Shown piece by piece: positions 31,004-38,706 of a stretch of 55,196 nucleotides of DNA (positions are counted from its first letter, which is position 1; each line of letters starts with the position of its first letter). The DNA is from a virus. Lineage: Duplodnaviria; Caudoviricetes. Both the position numbers and the translations under genes were made by a program. The stretch spans positions 1 through 55,196 of the IMG/VR virus record IMGVR_UViG_3300033821_000049; one strand, 5' to 3'. The notes beneath the pieces were generated by a model. It was not told the DNA's origin, searched no databases, and was given only the letters and a program-made list of their open reading frames with translations.

Positions 31004-31136
31004 GGGGAAGTATGCGAATAAAATTCAAAAATACTATCGTAATACTCCTTACTGGAGAACTGATTGTGTTTACAGAAAAAGTACAGCAAATTGTCGTTCA
31101 AACAGTTGATTGGTGACTCGATATCACCCTTCCCCA
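31004..31136 (+). ncRNA. tRNA-like RNA E1 (acceptor stem + T-arm) carrying the conserved stem module
   Basis: GGGGAAG/CTTCCCC+A 7-bp stem; GGTGA-CTCGATA-TCACC T-arm; internal GGAGAACTGATTGTGTTTACAG. Confidence 0.6.
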
Positions 31137-31141
31137 CAAAG

Positions 31142-31267
31142 AAATGGAAACGGCTTGTTATTACAGTAAACAATTAGCTCAGTGATAGAGCGTCCGCATT
31201 CAAAGCAGAAGGTCGGGGTGTCGAAACCCCATCATGTAAAACAACATAACAAACAAATTATCCATTT
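31142..31267 (+). ncRNA. Y-RNA-like RNA E2 with an embedded tRNA body (UCA anticodon)
   Basis: Terminal stems AAATGGA/TCCATTT and TTGTTAT/ATAACAA enclose a D-arm (GCTC/GAGC), anticodon arm (loop ATTCAAA), AGGTC and a T-arm (GGGGT/ACCCC). Confidence 0.6.
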
Positions 31268-31279
31268 TCCTTATAACAT

Positions 31280-31328
31280 GCCAGTTCCCTTACTCATAAG
31301 AACAAGGCGCATAGAACTGGCTTTTTTT
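31280..31328 (+). terminator. Hairpin with U-tract (terminator or processing signal)
   Basis: GCCAGTTC...GAACTGGC followed by TTTTTTT. Confidence 0.55.
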
Positions 31329-31387
31329 GAAATTAATGTTCTTTGAAAACTATAGTTCGATTTAAAAGTCCGCAGTATTTATAATAA

Positions 31388-32152
31388 ATGTGTATTATGA
31401 ATAATTGTTTAAATTGTGGAAAATTTGTAAACAATAAATTTTGTAATGTTTCTTGTCAAAATGAATTTCAAAACACTGGAAGAAATGATAAAAAATATGG
31501 AAAATTTGTTGATTATTTGGTTAAATGTAATTCATGTGATAAAATTTTTATTGTAAATGAACGTGAAAAATTATATCCACAAAAGAAAAAATATTATTGC
31601 TCACGAAGTTGTGCAAATAAAAGAAAGCATTCACAGAAAACCAAAGATAAACTTTCTTTGAAAAATAAAAGAGTTAAATTTGTTAATTGTGAATATTGTG
31701 GAAATAGTTTTGAGCAGAAAAAAATAGATCAAAGATTTTGTGGACATTCATGTTCTACTAAATCTCGAATGCCACTAAAAGGATATGAAAGAATTGGTGG
31801 CTTGTGCTCTGTGAAATCACAAAATAAAAGAGGTAAAAATGAAATATATTTTGCTAAACTATGTTGTGATAAATTTAAATCTGTTCTTTGCAATAAACAA
31901 ATTTTTAATGGATGGGATGCTGATGTTATTATTGAAGATTATAAAATTGCAATATTATGGAATGGTATTTGGCACTATAAAAAAATATCAAAAAATCATT
32001 CTTTAATACAAACAAAGAATAGAGATATTTTAAAAATTAAAGAGATTATTAATTGTGGATACGAACCATATGTAATAAAAGATTTAGGAAGATTTGATAA
32101 AACCTTTGTTATGAAGGAATTTGAAAATTTTAGAAAACACATAGCGGGGTAG
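31388..32152 (+). CDS. Zn-ribbon repeat protein with a C-terminal PD-(D/E)XK (Vsr/DUF559-like) endonuclease; probable homing endonuclease
   Basis: Repeated CxxC...(F/Y)CxxSC units; WDADVII....IAILWNGIWHY...RD..K. Confidence 0.65.
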   Translation: MCIMNNCLNCGKFVNNKFCNVSCQNEFQNTGRNDKKYGKFVDYLVKCNSCDKIFIVNEREKLYPQKKKYYCSRSCANKRKHSQKTKDKLSLKNKRVKFVNCEYCGNSFEQKKIDQRFCGHSCSTKSRMPLKGYERIGGLCSVKSQNKRGKNEIYFAKLCCDKFKSVLCNKQIFNGWDADVIIEDYKIAILWNGIWHYKKISKNHSLIQTKNRDILKIKEIINCGYEPYVIKDLGRFDKTFVMKEFENFRKHIAG

Positions 32153-32215
32153 AGAAGCGGCATCTCACGAGCCTCATAAGCTCGGAATCACAGGTTCGAG
32201 TCCTGTCCAACGCTA
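32143..32215 (+). tRNA. tRNA-Met (CAT), initiator-like, with an imperfect acceptor stem
   Basis: AGCGGGG TA GAGA/TCTC, CGAGC-CTCATAA-GCTCG, ACAGG-TTCGAGT-CCTGT, CCAACGCT A; no encoded CCA. Confidence 0.8.
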
Positions 32216-32220
32216 CAAAA

Positions 32221-32300
32221 TGAAGAACTGGTGGTTTTTACAGTAAAATAAATTTAAGCCAAATGTAAAGTTACCAAACAAAAACCAACGAAATTCTTCA
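32221..32300 (+). ncRNA. Y-RNA-like RNA E3 (conserved stem, unstructured A-rich insert)
   Basis: TGAAGAA/TTCTTCA and TGGTTTTT/AAAAACCA stems; GAAGAAC...TTTACAGTAA motif. Confidence 0.55.
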
Positions 32301-32373
32301 AATTTATAAAAAGTAATTCCCCGTTGTCCCTGTGGCAACACAAACTTCGGGGTATCGTTCTTTAAAAATGCAA

Positions 32374-32511
32374 AGGGAAAACTTAAAGTGTTTACAGCAA
32401 TTTCGGTGGTTCGAATCCATCATCCTGCCAATGGCAGAATTAGACAAGCGGTTAAGTCAAAACTCTATGAAAGTTTCAAAACAATTCAAAAATACTTTTA
32501 AACTGTTCCCT
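32374..32511 (+). ncRNA. YrlA-like RNA E4 with a circularly permuted tRNA-His-like domain
   Basis: AGGGAA/TTCCCT and AAAGTGTTT/AAATACTTT stems enclose T-arm, loop-closed acceptor stem, D-arm and anticodon arm, in that order. Confidence 0.7.
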
Positions 32512-32726
32512 AAGTTTTAAAACGGAAATGGGTGAAGATAAATTATTTTCAATAAAATTAAACCCAACCCGTTTAATACCTAACATTTGAAGCATGTTGC
32601 AACGTGCGTGGTTAAGAATGGTTTTTATCAGCAGAAGTGCTGAGTTTTTTCAAAAATAAAGAAATAGTTATTGTGTCTAAGTTAAGCCAGATCGCAAGAT
32701 AGGACTTTTTTTCGGCAGTAATAAAA

Positions 32727-32821
32727 AGAAGAACTTGTTGTGTATACAGTAGATTGAAAAATGTAATCCCCCTCATATGAGAAGGGGGACAAACTTACCA
32801 AAATACAACTAAACTTCTTCT
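32727..32821 (+). ncRNA. Y-RNA-like RNA E5 (conserved stem plus GC-rich hairpin)
   Basis: AGAAGAA/TTCTTCT and GTTGTGT/ATACAAC stems; GAAGAAC...TATACAGTAG; insert TCCCCCTCATATGAGAAGGGGGA. Confidence 0.55.
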
Positions 32822-32850
32822 CTTATTTGAGAAGTGTTTGTTTTTCTTAC

Positions 32851-32900
32851 AAAAAATGGGTGGGGACTTGATGTAGAAATATATCACCTCACCCATTTTT
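32851..32900 (+). terminator. Terminator closing the ncRNA cluster
   Basis: AAAAATGGGTGGGG...CCTCACCCATTTTT followed by a U-rich tract. Confidence 0.7.
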
Positions 32901-32981
32901 ATTTTTTATTCTAAATTATTTTTATTTTTTTATTCTAATTTATTTTTTATATTAATTTATTATTATATATTTGCACATTAA

Positions 32982-33692
32982 ATGGAAAATGAAGTAAAAA
33001 TATATACATTATCACACCCAATAACTAATGAAGTTAGATATGTGGGTAAAACGGTTGAATCTTTGGAAGAAAGATTACGTAAACACATATCAAGAAGAGA
33101 TAATACATATAAAAGTAATTGGATTATTTCTTTGAAAAAGGAAGGCTTAACTCCAAATATTGAGTTACTTGATGAATGTTCTTTGGTTGATTGGCATTGG
33201 CTTGAAAAATATTGGATTTTACAATTTAAATGTTGGAATTTTAAATTAACGAATATTTGTGAGGGTGGTAAAGGAAGTGATGGATTGAAACATTCTATTG
33301 AAAGTAAAGAAAAAATGAGTCAACGACAAAAAGGTAAACAATGGAGATTAGGTGCTGTTCTTACTGATGAAACCAAAGAAAAAATTAGATTAGGTAATTT
33401 AAATAAAAAAAGAAATCCTGATTCAGTAAAAAAAATGATAATAACAAAAACTGGCATGTCAACTGGCGTTGGAAGAAAACATACTATGACACATATAAAC
33501 AATATTAGTAATGGTATGATTAAAATAAAAGGAAAATCAGTGTCACAATATGATTTAAATATGAATTTTATTAAAGATTGGGCATCAATATCAACTGCCT
33601 CAAAAACACTAAAAATACCTAATAGTAATATTGTTAATGTTTGTAAGGGTAATAGAAAAACGGCAAAAAATTTTATTTGGATATATAATTAA
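32982..33692 (+). CDS. GIY-YIG homing endonuclease with NUMOD3/NUMOD1 motifs
   Basis: KIYTL...VRYVGKT...RLRKH...LEKYWI...LTN..EGG; KHSIESKEKMS; V.QYDL. Confidence 0.85.
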   Translation: MENEVKIYTLSHPITNEVRYVGKTVESLEERLRKHISRRDNTYKSNWIISLKKEGLTPNIELLDECSLVDWHWLEKYWILQFKCWNFKLTNICEGGKGSDGLKHSIESKEKMSQRQKGKQWRLGAVLTDETKEKIRLGNLNKKRNPDSVKKMIITKTGMSTGVGRKHTMTHINNISNGMIKIKGKSVSQYDLNMNFIKDWASISTASKTLKIPNSNIVNVCKGNRKTAKNFIWIYN

Positions 33693-33705
33693 AAATTGTA
33701 AAATT

Positions 33706-35346
33706 ATGGAAAATTTAGTACTAACAAAATCAAGTTTAGATTTAATTAAATCTTCAATTATTCAAGGACTTGAAACAGCGAGTGGAAGTCGTAGTTCTGC
33801 AACTTACTACCATTCAAGAGACGAACAAATGAAGGCTATACATGGTCAGATTGACAAGTTGTATAAACTTTCAAAGGAACTTCCATTGATCATAGCTGCT
33901 CAGAAAGGTGCTACAGGTCAATTCGTTTCAGAAGTGTTGCTTAATGAATTTAAGCAAACATTAAAGGGCGGAGCATGTAATATTGTGAATCCAATCGACT
34001 GGTATGACAATGGTATCAGTGACAAGGCAGTGCTTAGTGCATTAAACAACCTTGCTAATGATAATGGTTTTCCATATGCATTACGTCTTTTTGTTGATAT
34101 GAAGAATCAGAAAATTAACAATGAGAGATCAAGAAAAATTATACTTGGTTTTCTTTGGGGACAAGCAAATATGGAATTCTATGCAATGAAGTACCGTAAC
34201 AAAATTGCAAAAATTTTGAAACATGTATATGGTCAGAAAAAGACCAGCATATTGCTTTCTATTGCACAGAAACAAGTTGCAATTAATAACACTGTTCTTT
34301 TCAATAATGTTTATACTGAAAAAGAAGCAAAAATTGTTAATGAATGTATTACAAAATATTACAATGGTGATGCATCAAAAGCATTTAAATTGTTACTTTT
34401 CTTATTTAAGAAAGATAATGGTGTTAATTTTTACGATTTACCACTTTTAACTGAATATGAAACAGCAAAAGTTGACATCAGGAATATTAAGAATGTTCCA
34501 GAAGAAGTTTTGCTTGGCTTAATTTCATCTGTAAAACATCCACAGTATCATTCAATGTGGTCAACTGATCTTCAGAGAGAAACCACAAAGGGTATAATCA
34601 GAGCAACAGTTCAGGTAACCTCTGTGAACCAACAGGTTCGTCAGACCAAATCAACTGCAAAGTTGGGTGTTGAAAAACATGTTGACTTGGAAAAAGCAAC
34701 TGATTTTATGGCTCTTTACAAAACTGGTTACGAAACCACTTTTACTGATGAATTGAAAATGGCTATTGGTAAACTTGCTGTTGCTAAGAGAATTCAGGGA
34801 TTCTTCTACCAAAATATTGGTATTATAGTTGACGACAGTATTTCAATGACTGGTCATAAGGCAGAATCAAAGAATACTCCAAGGGCAATTGCTGATTTTA
34901 CAGCTATAGTACTTGCAGCTTCAGTAACTGAAGTTGTAGTTGTAAGAACAAGTGGTTTTGAAAGTGATTTGGCAAGTTCATTTATTGAACTATTAAAAGA
35001 TCAGAATCCAGCAAAACCTTACGATGCTATTTTCATCTTAACTGATGGTTACGAAAATGCTTATGATGGATTGACTAACGAAGTTATTTCAATCTGGAAA
35101 ACAGAATCAGGCAGTATAACACCTATCTTTCAGATTTCACCAATTACTGGTGCTGAAACAGGTGGTAATGTAAGAGCATTAGGTGTTGGAGTAGTTACAA
35201 TGGCGATTAACAATCCTATTGCAATTCAGACACAAATCAATGCAAGATTGCTTGAAATTGACACAAAACGTTGGTTAGAAAATCAGGTTCATGCTCTTGA
35301 AGCTGCTCCTGTTAAGAGAACAAAAAAAATTACTATTAACGCTTAA
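33706..35346 (+). CDS. TROVE/Ro60-like helical protein with a C-terminal vWA (MIDAS) domain; start moved to ATG 33706
   Basis: 546 aa, basic alpha-helical N-region; vWA motifs IGIIVDDSISM (DxSxS), SDLA and IFILTDGYEN; architecture and size match Ro60/Rsr. The vWA call is firm; TROVE is inferred. Confidence 0.6.
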   Translation: MENLVLTKSSLDLIKSSIIQGLETASGSRSSATYYHSRDEQMKAIHGQIDKLYKLSKELPLIIAAQKGATGQFVSEVLLNEFKQTLKGGACNIVNPIDWYDNGISDKAVLSALNNLANDNGFPYALRLFVDMKNQKINNERSRKIILGFLWGQANMEFYAMKYRNKIAKILKHVYGQKKTSILLSIAQKQVAINNTVLFNNVYTEKEAKIVNECITKYYNGDASKAFKLLLFLFKKDNGVNFYDLPLLTEYETAKVDIRNIKNVPEEVLLGLISSVKHPQYHSMWSTDLQRETTKGIIRATVQVTSVNQQVRQTKSTAKLGVEKHVDLEKATDFMALYKTGYETTFTDELKMAIGKLAVAKRIQGFFYQNIGIIVDDSISMTGHKAESKNTPRAIADFTAIVLAASVTEVVVVRTSGFESDLASSFIELLKDQNPAKPYDAIFILTDGYENAYDGLTNEVISIWKTESGSITPIFQISPITGAETGGNVRALGVGVVTMAINNPIAIQTQINARLLEIDTKRWLENQVHALEAAPVKRTKKITINA

Positions 35347-35357
35347 AATATCATATT

Positions 35358-36479
35358 ATGATTACAAGAGAACTTACAGAAATGTTAAAAGGTTGCCGTC
35401 CTGTCAAAGACAAAGATGGTAACATCGTGGTACAGTCAATAATGAACATGCAAGTTGTATGCTTGACAACTGAGAAAGAAAACTCATTGGATGATCGCTT
35501 TGCGAATCCATTGACTTCATTAGTATCAAGTAATCAATCTTACGGACAGATTACGTTCAGTAATAAAGAGAACAAAGAAGTTATTTTTCCAGTTCAAATG
35601 GCTGTATTGACCAAACAACAGGCACAAAATCATGGTATGGTAAAAGCTGGTTATGTTGAACCTAAAGCAAATACAACATTTCATGACGCAGGTTGTGTTC
35701 AAGGTGGACAGACTGGATATTTTCAGGGTACTCAGGAGTTCAGAATGATTCCTGTTAGCATGCGTGAAATGTTGTTTGATAAGGTTGGTCAGACATCTGG
35801 CTATCAGAATATTTATCCTGCAATCCAGAAACTCGGTCAGGATACTAAATCTGGTACTGGTAATTATCTGAACATTTACTTTGAAAAGTTTGACAAGAAA
35901 CTTGATCAGTTTATTGCACACTTTGAACGTCCAAAGAATCTTATTGGTATCATTGTATTGATTGATGGTGAAATTGTTGCGATAGATAAATTCCCTTCAT
36001 TTACATACGCTGAACAGGTATGGGATTTGATGATCAGGGATTGCTATGGTTCACTTGCAATCATAAGTGAATTGCAGAACAAAACTGCAGGTAAGGTATT
36101 TACTGAAGCATATGAAGATGTTAAAAAGGGCACAGATAAATATGCTGTTGCAGGTAAGTATTCTATCGTTGATTTGCTCGAACAAGCATTGAAGAAAACC
36201 AAGAAATCGATTACTGATGATGTTAATGAGAGAATTCAGGAAGTTCTTGATCTCACATTTGATGCTACTATTGACACTGAAGGTAATCCTTCTGCAAACA
36301 GCAGAGCACCTAAGAGTTATATTCTTAAAACTGAAGGTTATATTGGTCAGGTAATTACTGAAAACGAATTTAATCATTTGGTGTCAATTATCAAAAGAGA
36401 GAGATTCAATCCAAATGCTTTCAGACAAGTAAGTGAACTTAGAAATAAGGCACGTAAAATGACACCATTCAAAATATAA
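35358..36479 (+). CDS. ARPP-like (DUF6569-related) protein, partner of the vWA protein
   Basis: VLTKQQAQNH...AGCVQGGQ.G...LDQFIAHFE...GIIVLIDGEIVAID recalls ARPP-type domains (recall only); starts 11 nt after the vWA gene. Confidence 0.5.
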   Translation: MITRELTEMLKGCRPVKDKDGNIVVQSIMNMQVVCLTTEKENSLDDRFANPLTSLVSSNQSYGQITFSNKENKEVIFPVQMAVLTKQQAQNHGMVKAGYVEPKANTTFHDAGCVQGGQTGYFQGTQEFRMIPVSMREMLFDKVGQTSGYQNIYPAIQKLGQDTKSGTGNYLNIYFEKFDKKLDQFIAHFERPKNLIGIIVLIDGEIVAIDKFPSFTYAEQVWDLMIRDCYGSLAIISELQNKTAGKVFTEAYEDVKKGTDKYAVAGKYSIVDLLEQALKKTKKSITDDVNERIQEVLDLTFDATIDTEGNPSANSRAPKSYILKTEGYIGQVITENEFNHLVSIIKRERFNPNAFRQVSELRNKARKMTPFKI

Positions 36480-36498
36480 TTTATTAATTTATTAGATG

Positions 36499-36530
36499 AA
36501 AAACCATAAGATTATTCTTATGGTTTTTTT
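36499..36530 (+). terminator. Intrinsic terminator
   Basis: AAAAACCATAAGA-TTAT-TCTTATGGTTTTTTT. Confidence 0.8.
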
Positions 36531-36632
36531 ATTTTATGTGAATTTTAATCTATTTCTTTTGTATTTATTATAAATATAATCAGTAAATCTGATTTATTTT
36601 TTTAACTGATTGGACGGCTTATAAGTTATGAA

Positions 36633-37535
36633 ATGGAAAGATTGACAACATATAAATTTATTGAAAGAGCAAAATTAATACATGATAATAAATATGATTA
36701 TTCGTGCAGTGATTATATTAATAATCGTAGTAAAACAAAAATAATTTGTTTAGAACATGGAATTTTTGAACAAAAGGCTGAAAATCACTTAAATGGTTAT
36801 GGTTGTCCTAAATGTAATGGTGGTAAACGTGTAAATAGCACAAAAAAATTTATTGATTTAGCAAAATTAAAACATGGAAACAAATATGATTATTCATTAG
36901 TAAATTATATTAAGTGTAATTTTAAAATAAAAATAATATGTCCTAAACATGGAGTTTTTGAACAAACACCAAATGGTCATTTAAATGGAGATGGATGCAT
37001 TTTATGTTATAATGAAAATCGTGTTAATTCAATTGATGATTTTATAATAAAAGCTAATAATATTCATCATTTTAAATATAATTATTCCTTAGTTGATTAT
37101 CTGAATATTAGAGATAAAATAAAAATAATATGCCCAGAACATGGCATTTTTGAACAAACTCCAAATTCCCACTTAAACAGTCGTGGTTGTCCCAAATGTA
37201 TGGAATCAAAAGGTGAATTATTTATTACTAATTGGTTAAATCAAAATAATATTGATTTTGAAACACAAAAAACATTTCCTAAATGTAAAAATCAAAGAAA
37301 ATTAAGATATGATTTCTATTTACCCAATCAAAATTTATTAATTGAATATGATGGTCAGCAACATTATATGCCTATTAATTATTTTGGTGGTAAGTATATT
37401 TTTGAATATTTAAAAGAAAATGATAAAATAAAAACAGAATACGCATTAAACAATAACATTAAATTATTACGTATTCCAGATACTGAAAGAAAAAATCTTT
37501 CAAATATATTAAAAAATAATATTATAATTACTTAA
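36633..37535 (+). CDS. DUF723-like Zn repeats with a PD-(D/E)XK endonuclease (probable homing endonuclease)
   Basis: Three H..KYDYS...Y......I.IIC..HG.FEQ....HL.G.GC..C repeats; SKGE...LRYDFYLP..NLLIEYDG.QH. Confidence 0.75.
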   Translation: MERLTTYKFIERAKLIHDNKYDYSCSDYINNRSKTKIICLEHGIFEQKAENHLNGYGCPKCNGGKRVNSTKKFIDLAKLKHGNKYDYSLVNYIKCNFKIKIICPKHGVFEQTPNGHLNGDGCILCYNENRVNSIDDFIIKANNIHHFKYNYSLVDYLNIRDKIKIICPEHGIFEQTPNSHLNSRGCPKCMESKGELFITNWLNQNNIDFETQKTFPKCKNQRKLRYDFYLPNQNLLIEYDGQQHYMPINYFGGKYIFEYLKENDKIKTEYALNNNIKLLRIPDTERKNLSNILKNNIIIT

Positions 37536-37546
37536 TAATCAAATAT

Positions 37547-38695
37547 ATGGCTTTCTTCAGTCGTCCTATATTGGACAATATTCAATTTAAGCAACTAACT
37601 GGTTCAACACTTACCATGTCAGGCACTACTGATTTTAGTGGTGTTTTAAAATCTAAAGGAGTTGAAATCGATGCTACTGCTACTGGTGCAACTGCTGGTG
37701 ATGCACTGGTATTTGACGGTACTAAAATTGTGCTGACACCAATATCTGGTGGTAGTAGTGGTATGTATTATGGTAATACTCCTGCTTCAATAACATTAGG
37801 TGGTATTAGTGGTGGAACTACACTCACTGGTAAAACACTATCAAAAATAATTGAAGAATTATTAGTTCCAGCAGTACATCCAAGCATAACACCACCTTCA
37901 GAATTTGCATTTATTATTACTCCTTCTACTTCAGTATATGAAGTTGGTACGAGTATATTAATCACAGCAATGTCATGTTTTAGCAGTGGTAGTATTAGTC
38001 CTCAATATCATGGTGCAAGCTCATGTAGAAGCGGATTACCATATTCTTATAATAATACTGATTTTGGTGTTTCACAAACACCTATTTTATCGTCATCATG
38101 TTCCAATTTACATTCACTTGCTGCACATATAATTACCAACGGTAATAATACCCTATCTGCAACGGTTACATATTTATCTGGTGCAACTCCAGCATATAAT
38201 AGTGATGGTAGTGTATTTGCAACAGCATTACCAACAGGAACAACATTACCACAATCATGTATAATTTGTGGTTTATTTCCATATTTCTATGGTAAAATTG
38301 CAAGTGGTGGAGCACCTGCTGGTGGTAATAGACCTGACCCAAATACTACTATTCGTAATTGTATAATCGCATTAGACTTAAGTAGAGCTACTGGTATTGT
38401 TGTTACAGACAGTACAGGTGCAATTGACATTAATTGGAATAGTGATTCTGATGATTATATTTGGTTTGCAACACCAGTTGCTTCAGCAATAAAAGTTAAA
38501 TGGGCAGATACTGTTGTTACTGTCAACAATGGTTCAATTGGTGGTGCAGTAAGTGCAGGTGGTAATTTATTTCCTGACCCAGCATCAATAGTAAATATTA
38601 GTGCTGTATGTTGGGCAACACCACAAACATATAATGTTTATGTAAGTAATTATCAAACAAAATCAACCAACATAATGGTGTTAACTAATAGTTAA
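37547..38695 (+). CDS. Tail/fibre-associated structural protein (type A)
   Basis: G/S/T-rich; C-terminal half is paralogous to 40433-42835. Confidence 0.6.
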   Translation: MAFFSRPILDNIQFKQLTGSTLTMSGTTDFSGVLKSKGVEIDATATGATAGDALVFDGTKIVLTPISGGSSGMYYGNTPASITLGGISGGTTLTGKTLSKIIEELLVPAVHPSITPPSEFAFIITPSTSVYEVGTSILITAMSCFSSGSISPQYHGASSCRSGLPYSYNNTDFGVSQTPILSSSCSNLHSLAAHIITNGNNTLSATVTYLSGATPAYNSDGSVFATALPTGTTLPQSCIICGLFPYFYGKIASGGAPAGGNRPDPNTTIRNCIIALDLSRATGIVVTDSTGAIDINWNSDSDDYIWFATPVASAIKVKWADTVVTVNNGSIGGAVSAGGNLFPDPASIVNISAVCWATPQTYNVYVSNYQTKSTNIMVLTNS

Positions 38696-38706
38696 AATTA
38701 AAAAAT

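Noticed and set aside
31004-31136. tmRNA (ssrA)
   Set aside because: It has a GGGG start and tRNA-like ends, but is only 133 nt, lacks the G3-U70 alanine determinant and has no tag reading frame.
31171-31237. Functional selenocysteine or opal-suppressor tRNA
   Set aside because: UCA anticodon is present, but there is no long variable arm, no proper acceptor stem, and the T-loop is atypical. Kept only as a tRNA-like domain.
30982-32520. Short ORFs 30982-31173 (-) and 32332-32520 (+)
   Set aside because: They overlap structured RNA elements, have weak starts and show no protein features.
30950-32900. CRISPR array
   Set aside because: The repeated motif is degenerate, irregularly spaced and pairs with distal 3' strands; no identical repeats with uniform spacers and no cas genes in the window.
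33631-33705. N-terminal extension of the vWA ORF (and similarly 13979-14068 and 6342-6374)
   Set aside because: These overlap upstream genes or promoters; downstream ATGs at 33706, 14069 and 6375 have better context.
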